A stretch of 64,000 bases of DNA, taken from positions 744,001 through 808,000 of the forward strand of contig JAWMAR010000114.1 of NCBI GenBank assembly GCA_036785375.1, read 5' to 3'. Shown here in pieces: positions 25,261 through 38,416 of this stretch (positions are counted from its first letter, which is position 1; each line of letters begins with the position of its first letter). A model generated the notes under the pieces. The model made no database searches and was not told the DNA's origin. It saw only the letters and a list, made by a program, of their open reading frames with translations. Position numbers and translations under genes: made by a program. Source of the stretch: Leucoraja ocellata. Taxonomy: Eukaryota.

Positions 25261-26429
25261 GTAAGTTTTGTACTCCACGTGTAACATCTGAGACTTTGTG
25301 TATGTTTGCAGGGAAGTTGGTTCATTGGGTTCTTGAAGAAGTTTACTTGAAAGCTACCTACATTTTGTGCCAAAATAAGGCGGTGACTGAAAATTTCAGT
25401 CATACAGCACAAACAGGCCCCATTCGCCTGCGTTTGACCCATATCCCTCTGAACCTTTTTTTATCCATGTACCTGTCCCAAGTGTTGTTATTGTACCTGC
25501 CTCAACTTCCTCCCCCGGCAGCTCATTCATGTTTGGATGGCATGCAAAACAAAGGTTTTCATTGTACCCTGGTACACATGACAACAATAAACCTAGACGC
25601 TTTTTTTGCGCAATCATCTCCTTCAAGCCCATTTACCCCAGCATTATGACTTAATTGAAGAATTCTCTTTGCTGATCAGATTAAAATCATCAAGCGTTCC
25701 AGCAAATTTTTGTCACTTTTCCATATGCCACCCTTGTTGTTTTGTATCTATTTCCTCAGTTTAGATTTGTGTAAGAAGGAACTGCAGATGCTGGTTTAAA
25801 CAGAAGATAGACACAAAGCTGAACTAACTCAGCAGGACAGGCAGCATCTCTGGAGAGAAGGAATGGGTGACGTTTCGGGTTGAGACCCTTCTCTGACTCG
25901 GGTAGATAATGTAGTCAAGACATCTTTTCGCTCATTAGCATTCATCAGTCAGAATGTTGGGTATAGAAGTTTGACTTGGGCCTCCTACATTGCCAGAGTG
26001 AGGCCACACACACTGGAGGAGGAACACCTCATATTTAGCTTGGATAGCTTACAACCAAATAGAATGAGTATTGAATTCTCCAATTTTAGGTAACTACATA
26101 ACCTTCCGCCTTTCCCTTCCCCTCCCACATAATTCCCCTTTCTTTCCCCCTCCCCTGAGTCCCAACTGAACTTGTGCTCATTTCTTACCTCCCCTTCCAA
26201 TTGAATTCCTTCCTCTAACTTCACAATTTGCAACTTAATTTTTTTTGGCTAGCACTCTTTTTTTTCATCTCTGGCCTTTAGTCCAACCATCTGCTTATCA
26301 AACACACTGTTTCCACCTATTACCTGTGTGGAAGTAACTGCAGATGCTGGTCTACACCGAAGATGGACCAAAATGCTGGAGTAACTCAGCGGGTCGGGCA
26401 GTATCACTGGAGAAAAGGAATAGGTGACA

Positions 26430-28325
26430 TAGGTCTGTGTAGAAATGGGAAGGAGAATTAAAGTGTCCATAACCGGGAGATCAAGGTGGTTCAGGCAGGC
26501 TGAGCGAAGATGTTCTGCGAAACGATCGCCCAGTCTGCGTTTGGTCTCACCAATGCATAAGAGTCGATATCTTGGACAACAAATACAGAAGATGAGGTTG
26601 GAGGTAGTGCAAGTGAACCTCTGCCTAATTTGAAAGGATTGTCGGGGTGCCTGGACAGTTGAGGGAGGAGGTATAGCAACAGGTGTTGCAGTGGAAGGTA
26701 CCTGTGAAAAAGCTCACTTAAAGGATAGACAAAGTACAAATTCTTAAGACCATACAAAGCTTTAATTTAACGCCTGACGGGTGTGAACTGAGAGACTCAG
26801 AGGCAACAGTTTCTCACGTCTGAATCTCCAGCAGCACACACAAAGACATACCAAAAACGCGAGTTTATATACGTGCAGAAAACCTCTTCAACTTGCATTA
26901 AAAATCTTGCAAGAGAGCTGCGAACTTTTCACCTTAAGTTTAAAAAAACCATGTCACTATGGAAGTTGTCCAAATCCCATCATGCATTACAATTGGCCTT
27001 TTATAACAGGAAAGCTTAAATATGACAACAATCAATTAATAACTTTCACCTGGGGAGGGGGTGGTTTGGGTGGGAAGGTACGAGTCAACTAGGGAGTTGT
27101 GGAGGGAACAGTCTCTGCGAAAGGCGGAAAGCGGTGGGGATGTGGCTAGTGGTGGGATCCCGTTGGAGATGGTGGAAATTTCGGAGGATTATGTGTTGTA
27201 TGCAATGGCTGATGGGGTGGAAGTTAAGGATGAGGGGAACTCTGTCTCTGTTGCGAATAGGGGGGGGGGGGGGGCAAGGGCCGAGTCTGCGGGGTACCGA
27301 GGAGACACAAGTGAGGTAATCATCTATGGTGGGCGAGGGGAACCCCCAGAATAAGAGCATCTCGGATGTTCAAGTATGGAACACCTCATCTTGGGCACAG
27401 ATGCGACGTAGACGGAGGAATTGGGAGTAGGGGATAGAGCCTTTGCAGGAAGCTGAGTGAGAAGAATTGTAGTCGAGATAGTTGTGGGAGTCAGTGGGTT
27501 TGTAATAGACGTCAGTCAATTGTCTATTTCCTGCGATGGAGACTGAGATCAAGAAAGGAGAGGGAGCTGTTGGAGATGTTTAAAGTGAATTTGAGTGTAG
27601 GATGAAAATTGGTGGTGAAGTTGATGAAGTCCATGAGTTCTGTTTGGGTGCAGGAGATAGCACCGATGCAGTCATCAATGTTAATGTGATAGGGTTTGGG
27701 GATCGGGCCAGTATATGCCTGGAACAAGGATTGTTCAATGTACCTTACAAAGAGGCAGGCATAGCTGGGGCCCATGCGAGTGTACATAGCTACGGCTTGG
27801 TCTTGGAGGAAGTGGGGGGAGTTTTTGAGGGTGAGGACCAGCTCTGCTAGGTGGAGTAGAGTGTTAGTAGAGAGAAATTGGATGGTTCTGCGGTCAAGGA
27901 ATAAAACTGAGGGCTTTAAGGCCTTCCTGGTGGGGGATGGAGGTGCAGGTGACTGAAGGTCCATAGTAAAGATGAGGAAGTGGGGGCTCAGATAGCAGAA
28001 GTCATTGAAGAGAAGAAGAGCATGTGAGGTATCTTGGACATAGGTCAGGAGAGATTGGAAAGGGTGGGATAGGATGGAGTCGAAGTATGTGGAAATTATT
28101 TCCGTGGGATGTGAGCAGGCAGAAACAATGGATCTGCCAGGGCAGTTGATGGATTTTGCGGAAACGGTAAAACCCAGCTATGCGGGGCTGGGAAACGATG
28201 AGGTTGGAGGCTGTGGAAGGCAGACAGCCAGAAGTGATGAAATCAGAAATGGTGTGTGAGATGCAGGCCTGGTGCTTGTCTGTGGGATCATGGTCCAAGG
28301 ATAAGTAGGAGGAGGTGTCTGAGAG
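26430..28325 (-). mobile_element. Decayed Penelope-like element (RT and GIY-YIG remnants)
   Basis: MGPSYACLFV, NIDD, FLDL, VYYKPTDSHNYL and PYSQFLRLRRIC motifs; ALVRPNADWAIVS is a shifted reading of the GETKRRLGDRF region. Confidence 0.85.
26705..27048 (-). mobile_element. Solo LTR, probably ERV1-like
   Basis: Minus strand TGAAAG...TTTTCA; CCTG TSD at 26701-26704 and 27049-27052; TATATAAA at 26864-26871 and ATTAAA at 26761-26766 in the correct order. Confidence 0.8.
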
Positions 28326-28379
28326 TTATCGCCTGAAAACCAAGATGTGTAATGTCAACAAAATATTTATTTTCTGTAG

Positions 28380-28454
28380 GTGCGGTGTTTGAAAGATTAT
28401 GGTGAGTTTGAGATCGATGATGGTACAACAGTCCTCCTGAAGAAAAACAGCCAG
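28380..28454 (+). CDS. GINS1: GINS1 exon 6
   Basis: VRCLKDYGEFEIDDGTTVLLKKNSQ; TAG/GTAAGA; 75 nt. Confidence 0.97.
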
Positions 28455-29709
28455 GTAAGAGTTAAATGAAACAGTACCTGCCTCAACTACCTCCTCTGGC
28501 AGCTCGTTCCACATACCCACCACCTCTCCTCGGGTTCCTATTAAATCTTTATCCTCTCGCCTTAAACCCGTGCACTCATTCTTGATTCTCCAATGCTGGG
28601 TAAAAGACTGTGCTTTCATCCTATCGATTCCCCTCATGATCTTGTATACCTCTAAAAGGTTACCCCCTTATCCTCCTGTGCTCCAAGAAATAAAGTCCTA
28701 GTCTGCCCAACCTCTCTACAACTCCGGTCCTCGAGTTCGGGCAACGTTCTCTTGAATCTTTGCATTCTTTCCAAGAATCATTTACATAAAAATAATTGAC
28801 AGAAGAATTTAGATCAGAGCTGTGAAAATGTTTTTCACCCCACGGTGAAAAGATCTGGAACTTGCTGGCTGAGAGGGCAGTGGAAGTAGAAACCCTCATC
28901 ATTTTTTAAACATGCATGAGATGTGGATCTGCAGTTTGTTTGTTTCCTGACATCAATTTAATTGTGTCACTCGACCTTGAATCCCATGGGCTTTTTCTTT
29001 TTTTTTTAATTCCACCTCCTTGTCATGTGAAGCCTCATTAAAAGCCTTGAAGATAAATTTGGTCTCCACCTGCCGCGAGACAGAATCAGCTGCTCGAAGC
29101 CTGCGGCTGACCCGTGAAACGCGGATAGAGGGGTCCCCAGACAACCTGCTGCTGTCAAAAGTGACTGCATTGAAACACAATGGGGGGGGGGGGGGGGGGG
29201 GTCAGGCAGCATAGGAGGAGGGCATGGATAGACGATGTTTTGAGTTGGGACCCTTCTTCAGACTCGGTCAATCTGAAGGATATAGACCTTTAGCCTCTCC
29301 TATCCATTCTCTCTACCATTCCTGCCTGTCCCACTGAGTTGCTCCACCAGTTTTAACTCCACATTCTATCCTGCCTTTATGATATCTTTAGACTCAATTT
29401 CCTTCGAATGACCCTCAACTAGGAATTTTTTTGTTAACTTGTTCCAAAATCCTGATTTTATAAATTGAAGATCCTTCAATGTCTACCTCTGTTATTCTTG
29501 TTAGAGATGAGCGGTCATCTTTCTCTCGTTCTGTACTGTGAGTTAAGATCCAAAGTGTTCTCCGGAGGATATCCAGGGGTATGGCTCATGTATAGCCACA
29601 TTTTACTTCCCTCGGGATTCCAGCATCTGCAGTTCCTCGTGTCTCCAGTACACTTTCCTTGTTCCGGCTAATGTTTAAAATACTAAGAATTCTTTTGCTT
29701 TTTCCCCAG

Positions 29710-29778
29710 CACTTTATGCCCAGGTGGAAGTGTGAACAGTTAATCCGTCATGGAATCCTGGAACACGTGTTATCCTGA
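29710..29778 (+). CDS. GINS1: GINS1 exon 7 (last coding exon)
   Basis: [22 protein letters not shown]; the seven exons sum to 591 nt = 196 aa plus stop. Confidence 0.97.
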   Translation, partial: HFMPRWKCEQLIRHGILEHVLS

Positions 29779-29849
29779 GAACATAAGCTGGAAGACCGCG
29801 TGTCACTGTAGACTGTTCAACGTTGCTTTGGCTTGTATTGCCTTGCCTT

Positions 29850-29855
29850 ATTAAA
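29850..29855 (+). terminator. candidate GINS1 polyadenylation signal (ATTAAA)
   Basis: ATTAAA about 70 nt after the stop codon, followed by GT/T-rich sequence near 29880. Confidence 0.45.
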
Positions 29856-31746
29856 ATATTCAGCTAGGATCAAAGGCCTTTGTAGTGTTTCATCATAGCC
29901 CCCCCCCTCCCCCTTTTCCCCTCACAAGGAAATGTAAATCTGTTAACATTTCTGTCTGTCTTGTCTCAGTGATTCTAGATGGCAGGTTGGGGCCACAGAT
30001 TTAAATGGAACCTGCAGCACAAGAACAAGCCTTTTGACCCACAATGTCTGTACCAAACATGATGCCAAAACCAACTCTTATTTGCCTGCATATAATCCAT
30101 TACCATGTACCAATCCACATCTGTCTTCCATCCTGAGGGAAAAAGATTCTCGCTGTCGATCCTCTCCATTTATATACTTCTCTCTGGTTTCCCTACAACC
30201 TCTGGTGTTCCAGAGAAAACAATCCAAATCTGGCCAACCTCTCCCTGTAGGTAATACCCCCTAATCTTGCACCATGCTGGTAAATCACCTCTGCACCCTC
30301 TCCAAAGCCTCCACATCCTTCTTATTTAAAGGGTGAAGAGAACTGCATGCAGTACTCCAAATATGGCCTGACCAATGAAGGCAAGTATACTATATGCCAT
30401 CTTTATTGTGTTGTTACTTTCAAGGATTTATGGACTTGGACCCCAAGATCCCACTGTGCAGCGTTGCCGTGTTATAGATCATGTCGTTAATTGCATATTT
30501 TCCCATTTCATCAGTGGCACCATTTCAGTATTTACGTGTCCTGGGTGCATGATGCTTATTAGCTGCAGCTGAATGTAGAGTGTGACCAGAGATTGGACTA
30601 CAATCTCTTAACTGGAACAGCCTGCATCTATACACAAGGTCAGCAGATCATATTATAGCTTTAAATAAACAGTACATTTTAATCCAAATAATTTTAAATA
30701 GTTTACATTCTTGGAATTTTATAAAATGTCTGAAAATCACAAACATTTCTGTACAACAGAATTGGCATCTACAAATAACTGCACAATTGTACCTGTTGCA
30801 TAACTGTTCAATTTGCAGTGACATTGATAGAATTAAGTTCTGCGATGTTATTTTCCAGAGAATAACTGCATTAAAGTTTAAAATGGCAGCACAAGAGGGA
30901 TCTTCTTCAGCTTGCATCCAACCTGGGGGGTTTCTGCGCTGGGGACAGTGACATGAGGTTCACAAATATATTTTAAGGACTTGTGTTCCCTGTTGATATT
31001 GGAAAATACTGAATTGGGTTGTAGTGCTGTGCAGCACAGATACAGGCCCTTTGGCCCACCTTGTCCACGCTGACCAAGTTGGTCTGCATCTGGAATGAGC
31101 TGTCGGGGGAAGCTATAGAACCGGATATAATTACAACGTTTGGACAGGAAGTGTTAGATGGAGGAAAGGAATGGTGCCTGTGAGCTTGCCTCCTGTGCTC
31201 TTGTTCTGGGGTATCTGTGGTTGGCTGCGGTAGGCGCCCGGGTCACAGTTTCGGAGTGATGTGGAGTGGGCCGCTGGAGGCCCTGCAGCAACCTGGGGTT
31301 CGATTGGATCGGTGCTGCTCTCAGAGGCCGAGGCACGGCCCAGAGCAACGGAGGAGGACAGACAACATCGCCTGGCCAGGCTGACCCTCCCGTAACCTAG
31401 TGCTGCCACCAGGACAACAGCCCTTTAAGGCCAAGTTAAGACTACTTTTGTCAACAACTGTGACCTTGAAGGTTACTGGATGGCACCAGAAACATGGCGA
31501 CTCTTGTGTACAGCCTTGGAGTAATCTATTCCTACACTCTTGCATTCCAGTATGATTGTGCCTGCACATAGTAAGATTTTTACTGATTCATATGCCAAAA
31601 TTGGAATGTCACCGTACCTAGGTACCTGCCAAATGCAGGCAAATGGGACTAGCCCAGTATGTCCATGTGCCAGCATGGACAAGGTGGGCTGATGGGCCTG
31701 TTCCCTGCTGTACGGCTCTAATTCTATGCTGTTGGGGCTGGAACAC

Positions 31747-31950
<204 letters not shown>

Positions 31951-32140
31951 TCATTTCTTTACAAGTACAAATTATCAATAGGTCTTTTTGGTCACATAAA
32001 ATAATGATTCACCTCGCAGTGGAAAGTAAAGATGTGCTTTATCTGAGTTAATTTATTTTACGCATCTTAGGTGGTGCAGAGCTGCTGGCTGGCCAGAGCC
32101 TGTGATTCCTCCTATATTTACACCCGTCCCAAAAACTCAC

Positions 32141-32254
32141 CTGTTCCTTCAGCTGGTTCATTTTCTCCTCCAGCATCATTCGTACACTTTTCAGTTTCTG
32201 CTCCACCTCTTCCATCCTCTCTTCCATTCCCTTTAGAAGCCTCTCGTACTCCTT
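32141..32254 (-). CDS. NINL: NINL exon
   Basis: KEYERLLKGMEERMEEVEQKLKSVRMMLEEKMNQLKEQ; CAG/GTGAG; phase 0-0. Confidence 0.93.
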
Positions 32255-33563
32255 CTGAAACAGAATGTGATTGTTTTATTTACATTCTCCAGGAGTCCGT
32301 AATTGGTATTTGAAAGTCAGTCGGACACTGACAGGTGCTGAATTAAAAAAAACACAGTGCTGGAGTAACACAAGCAACTCGGGTAGCATTTGTGGAGGAC
32401 ATGGCTAGATGACATTTTGGGGCGGGACCGTTCTGTCTGATTGTAGGAGGAGGAAGGGAAGCTGGTAGAGGTGGCGGCAGTATGAAGAAGGGTCCTGATC
32501 TGCATGATTACCGTGCCTTTAACGTGAAGAATTTCACAGGAGCTTCAGCAGACAAAAATGTAAAGGTGGCACGACAGCTGCAAGGCAGATTTTTAATAAG
32601 TGTTAAAAGGTAGGTGAAACATTCAGAAGTTATTTTGGTGTCGAGAGTGTTTAATTGTCATCTGTACTGACAATGGATCCATGAAGTTAGTTTATTGTCG
32701 TGTACCAAGGTACAATGAAAAGCTTTTTTTTATTGCATGGTATCCAGTCCACGGAAAGACTACATGATTACATTCAAGTTGACCACAGTGTACAGATACA
32801 GGATAAAGGGAATAACTTAGTGCGAGGTGAAGTCCTAAAAAGTTCAATTAAAAATAGTCCGAGAGTCTCCAATGAGATCAAGACTGCTCTAGTTGGTGAT
32901 AGGACGGTACAGTTGCCTGATAACAGCTAGGAAGCAACTGTGCCTGAAACTGGTTTTCACACTTCTGCAACTCTTGCTTGGTGGGAGAGGGAGTGTCCAG
33001 GGTAAATTCTGAAGAAGGGTCCAGACCTGAAAAGTCACCCATCCATATTCCCCAGAGATGCTGCCTGACTCACTGAGTTACTCCAACACTTTGTGTCTAT
33101 CTTTGTTATAACCAGCATGCGCAGTTCTTGGTTTCTAAATTCTTACTTTTGCAGCTTTATAGGCCTCCCATCAGGGAGGCGGTACAGGAGCCTCAGGTCA
33201 CGTACCAGCAGGATGAGGAAAAGCTTCTATAACAACACAATCACACTGCTGAACTCGGAGTCCCGACGATAGACTTCTCTGGTCCCTCAGTCCCCCTTTG
33301 TTTAATCATTCTGTATTTCCTGATTATTCTGTATCTTCTCTCTTTCTATTTTTTTCTTGTTTTTTTCTCTTTATGTACAACTACTACGGACTGACGCAAA
33401 ACTGCATTTCGTTGTACTGATACTTGTATTTTGTGCGATGACATTAAAGTTGAATTGAATTGAATTGAAATGCAAACAAATAAATTCACAAATAGCCATT
33501 AACATGCAAACTGTGGTCGGATTAAGACCCACACCTGTCGGACAGTGCAAGTTGTTGGTTTAC

Positions 33564-33776
33564 CTGCTGTGCGCACAACAAGTCATTGGCCTCCTCTCGC
33601 TGGATACGCAACTCTTCCTGCAGTCGCCGCGCTCTATGCTCGCCCTCTGCCATCGTCATTTGAAATTGTGCCAGTTGGATTTTGGGCACACCATTGTTAA
33701 CTTGCTCCTGCAACTCCCGTATCTCCTCCAAGTGCTGAGACTGGGCTTGCATTAATTTGGTGTTGGCGTCCGACAG
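33564..33776 (-). CDS. NINL: NINL exon
   Basis: LSDANTKLMQAQSQHLEEIRE...DLLCAQQ; resembles human QAQAQHLQEVR; CAG/GTAAAC. Confidence 0.92.
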
Positions 33777-34149
33777 CTGTGAACATAGAACGACAACTGT
33801 CACAGTAAAGTTCAGGGTAACAACTTACTGTGTAAAACAAAGTTGCACAACACCTCTCCTTTAAACTTTGCCCCTCTCACCTTAAAGCTATGCTCTCTAT
33901 TCTGACATTTCCACCCTGGGATAAAGGTTCTGACTGTCTACCCGATCTATGCCTCTCCTAATTTTATATATTGTTCTATCTGGGACATATGACATTAAAA
34001 CACTCTTGACTATACTTTTAACATACAAAACAAAATTCCTATTGGGGCTTTGATTTGACTGGGAAACCTGCATATGTTAAACAATAGGTTGACTGGACCA
34101 AAAATAAAGATTAAACCCTTTTATATTTTTTATTTTAAAACATCACATG

Positions 34150-34870
34150 CCCAAATCACCATGGTGACTACTCATCTTCTCACCCTGCCTATTGCAAAGA
34201 CGCTATCCCTACTCCCAAATTCTCTGTCTCTGCCTTATCTGCTCCCAAGAAGAGGCTTTCCATTCTAGGACATCTGAGACGTCCTTGTCCTTTAATAAAT
34301 ATTTCCACCTGCTGTCCTAGATGGATCTCTCATCAGCGTGTCCTCTGTATCGCATAGTTCTGCTCTCTACCCCTTCCCCCAGATAGAACAAGGATAGTTT
34401 CCCTGGCAATGTTCTTCGCCTCATCAGCCTCCACATCATCCTCAGATCTTTTTTTAATCATCTCCACCACTTTCCAGCTTGCGCAGAGACCGCTTCCTCC
34501 GCAAGCTCCTTGGTTCAATCATCCCTTCCTACCCAAACCACCCTCTCCCCTTCAACTACAGAAGATGCAATACCTGTCCCTATATCACCTCCATCCAGGG
34601 ACCCAAAGCAGTCTTCCCAGGTGAAACAGAAGTTCACATACCTCTAACCACCCACTGCATTCTGTGTTCCCATTGTGGCCTCCTTTAAATTAGTGAGACC
34701 AAGTGTGGATCTCCCGGTTGCTAATCATTTTAGCTCCCCTTCCCTTTCTGTCCTGAGCCTCCTCCATTGCCAGAGTGAGGCCACATGCAAACTGGAGGAA
34801 CAGCGACTCATATTCCGCTTGGTTAGCTTAAAACCCTATTATGAACAGTCAATTCTCCAATTTCAAATAA
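34150..34870 (+). mobile_element. Decayed Penelope-like element 3' part
   Basis: RRCNTCPY, CILCSHCGLL and KLEEQRLIFRL remnants. Confidence 0.75.
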
Positions 34871-34931
34871 CACTCCCAAGCCCCCACCACCCTGGTCCTT
34901 CAGCTGTTTGCTTCCAACATCAGAGAAGTAC

Positions 34932-35045
34932 CTGTTCCTGAGACTCCATCAAGCTGGACTCCAACTGTACGTGTTTATTTTGTAAAGTCTGATATTCCTG
35001 TTTTATCCACTCTAGTTCAGTTCCCAGTTTCTGCACTTGGGTGAC
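34932..35045 (-). CDS. NINL: NINL exon
   Basis: VTQVQKLGTELEWIKQEYQTLQNKHVQLESSLMESQEQ; resembles human [20 protein letters not shown]...EESQDQ; AG/GT. Confidence 0.9.
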
Positions 35046-36589
35046 CTGTAAAAATCACATTCACAATATATCATCAATGCATGTGTGGGATTTTAATTAT
35101 GTATAGGAACTTGTGTTCTTTTAAAAACTACAACCAAATTCACTTTAAGTATATTAGATTGGCTACTATAGCGGTAGACCTTCTACTGCGAAACGAGGAT
35201 TGTGTTTGGAGCCACTTGTCACCGCTGATGATGGAACAGAGATAGTGGCGGTGGAAGATGAAGGGGAACGGTCCGTGAACTCACCTCCCACACCCTCGGA
35301 AAGTGCCATAAAGTTCCACATTCGGCTCAGGAAGCGGGACACAGTGCACGCGAGCAGCTGCTGGAGGCGATGGATTGCGGTGGTTGTGGGTAGCAGTGTT
35401 AGCAGAGGCGGCTGAAGAGCCTGTTGCTGTGCTGTCTGACCCTTAGTGTGGCTTCCTTGCTAGCGATTCCTGGTTCTGCAGTGTGCAACAGCGTGGTGGG
35501 AGCTGCTGAGTTGCTTGGGATTTTGGCTTTGCATGGAACACGCTGGAGAATGCTTTCGTTAAGTTTGGAGATACAGTGCGGAAACAGGCCATCTGGCCCA
35601 ACGAGTCTGCACCAACCCCGTACACTAACACTATCCTACACACTAAGGACAATTTACAACTTTTACCAAAGCCAAATGAACCTACAAGTTGGTACGTCTT
35701 TGGAATGTGAGAGGAAACCAGGACACCCAGGGGAAAGTCACGTGGTCACAGGGAGAATGTACAAAATCCATACTGTAGATGTTGGTCAATGATGGAAACC
35801 GAGCCCAGTGTGCCCAAAGCTTCCACCATGGAGAACATACCTCGATATTCCACACTCATGCCAATTCCCTGTTATTGAGCTAAAAAAGGTACATCAAGAC
35901 ACAAGCTAAAAGAACTTCTCCGGGGAGAACTTGAGGGGTCTCCCCCTCAACTGCTGGCGTTCCAATCCAAGCCTATCCAACCTCTCCCAGTAGCTAATAC
36001 CCCCTAATCCAGGCTTAATTCTGGTAAACCTCTTCTGCACCCTCTCCAAAGTCTCCACGTTACATGTAATGGGGTGACCAGAACTGCACACAATACTCCA
36101 AATGCAGCCTAACCAAACTTTTATAAAGCAGCAACATGACTTCCTGACGTATACTCAATACCTCGACTGTTGAAGGCAGGCATACCATATACCTTCTTTA
36201 CCATGTTTATCAGTCTGAAGAAGGGTCTCGATCCGAAACGTCGCCAATTCTTTCTCTCCATTGATGCTGCCTCACCTGCTGAATTACTCCAGCATTTTGT
36301 GTCTGCCTTCTTTACCACTATCTACGTGTTGTTTCCTGTACTGGGGCGACCAGAACTGTACACAGACGTGGACTTTTTCTCTGTAACTGTAACACCATAA
36401 TGCTGCAACTCTATATTCTGCAATCTGGGATTTTTCTGTATGCACGACCTGCTGTACGTGTTTGGCTTGATTATACTCATGTGCAGTATGATTTGAAGGG
36501 ATAGCAAGCAAACAAAATATTTTTCACTGTATCTCAGTACACCTATCAATGATAAACCAATACCAAGGTATCAAAAGTTGCAGAGGTCT

Positions 36590-38072
36590 CAACAATCGTC
36601 TACGCAAAGCAATCCAGTTGTGGATGCAGCTCTAACCATCATGTAAACCAACTCCCTCCTATTGACTACATCTACACCACATTGCCTTGGCAAGGCCACC
36701 ATCATAATCAAAGACCAGTCTCACCCCGGTCACTCCCTCTTCTCCCCTCTCCCATTGGTCAAGAGGTATAATAGTGTGAAAACTCGGACCTCCAGATTTA
36801 GGGACAGATTCTTCCCAACTGTTATCAGGCAACTGAACCATCCTATCACCAACTAGGCAGCGGTCCTGACCTACCGTCTACTAGGTTGGAGACTTTACTG
36901 GACCTTGTCTTGCACTGAAAACTATTCCCTTCATCCTGTATCTGCACACTGTGGACGGCTTGAGAGTAATCATGTATAGTCTTTCTGCTAATTGGATAGC
37001 ACGCAACAAAAAGCTTTTCACTGTACCACAGTACACGTGACAATGATAAACTAAAACAAACTTGCGGCATTTGCGCTTAGTCACAAGCGTTCACATTACC
37101 TTGTCATTTGTGACTGATCCCACCTCCTGCTCCAGGGAGAAGTTATCCTGTTGCTTTTCCAGGAGTTCCAGCTTCAAACTCTCCAGACTCAATTCCAGGT
37201 TCTGTATCTAAACATAGGACATTTCCAAATTAAATCCTAGAATTTTATGATTCCCAACTCCGCAGTGTTCTGCCCACACCACTGTTTAAGATGCAAAGAA
37301 AAGTACTGACAGGTTTAATATCATCAAAGGACATTGTGATTGACTCCAGAAACCAAAGTAGTACACATACCTGGTATGGATTGACAGCGCCAAAGTAGAG
37401 ATGGTTGAAATCGTCAAGTTCTTAGGAGTAATTATAACTAATAACTTGTCTTGTAATAGCCATATTGAAGCATTGGCCCACGCCAACACCTCTACTCTTT
37501 TAGAAGGCTTAGAAATTCGGCATATCCCCAACCACTCTCACCAACGTCTACAGATGCGCCGTAGAAAGCATTTTATCGGGATGCATCATACCATGGTTTG
37601 GGAACAGCTCCATTCAAGGCAGCAAAAAATTGCAGAGGATTGTGGATGAGGACCATCACACAAACCAAACACCCTTCTATTGACTCCATTTATACCTCAT
37701 GCTGTCTCGGCAAGGCCAGCATCATAATCAAGGACCAGTCTCGCCCCGGTCACGTCCTCTTCTCCCCTCCCCCATTAGGCAAGAGGTACAAAAGTGTGAA
37801 AACACACACCTCCAGATTCAGGGACAGTTTCTTCCCAGCTGTTATCAGGCAACTGAACCATCCTATCACCAACAAGGGATTGGTCCTGACCTGCAATCTG
37901 ACTATTTCTAATCGACTTCACCTTGCATTAAATGTTATTCCCTTCATCCTGTATATGTACACTGTGGACTGCTTGATTGGAATCATGTATAGTCTTTCCG
38001 CTGACTGGACAGCACTCAACAAAAAAGCTTTTTACTGTACCTCGCTCGGTACACGTGACAATAAACTAAACT
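36590..38072 (+). mobile_element. Two L2/Rex-like LINE 3' fragments flanking the NINL exon at 37100
   Basis: IIKDQSHPGH..LFSPLP..KRY..VKT.TSRFRDSFFP in both; AATAAA/(CTAAA)n tails. Confidence 0.75.
37100..37207 (-). CDS. NINL: NINL exon (coiled coil)
   Basis: IQNLELSLESLKLELLEKQQDNFSLEQEVGSVTNDK; TAG/GTAATG; phase 0-0. Confidence 0.8.
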
Positions 38073-38131
38073 AAATATCATTAGTTGCCTGGTGAACTAA
38101 GGCAAGGGCGAGAGGAGGAGAGATGCCTCAC

Positions 38132-38416
38132 CTTCTCCTGAGACTCCTGCAATTCTTTTTGCAAGAGGCCCCTCTCCCGTTCCCACGTGGACTGCTGCTG
38201 GAAATGTTCCTTTTCAGAGTTGCTGCAGGCCTCTTGCAGCTGCCTGCACACTCTGGCCATCTCCTCCTTCTGCTGCCCCAGTTCTGCCAGCCTCTCGTTG
38301 AGCAGCTGCACGGTGCTCTGACTGGTCTCCACCCTCACATACCACTGGGAGTTCTGATTAGTCAGCTGCAGGGTTTTGGCGTTGAGTTGAGCGATCTCAG
38401 TCGTGTACTCTTCATT
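38132..38416 (-). CDS. NINL: NINL exon
   Basis: NEEYTTEIAQLNAKTLQL...LQKELQESQEK, 95 codons; TAG/GTGAGG. Confidence 0.9.
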
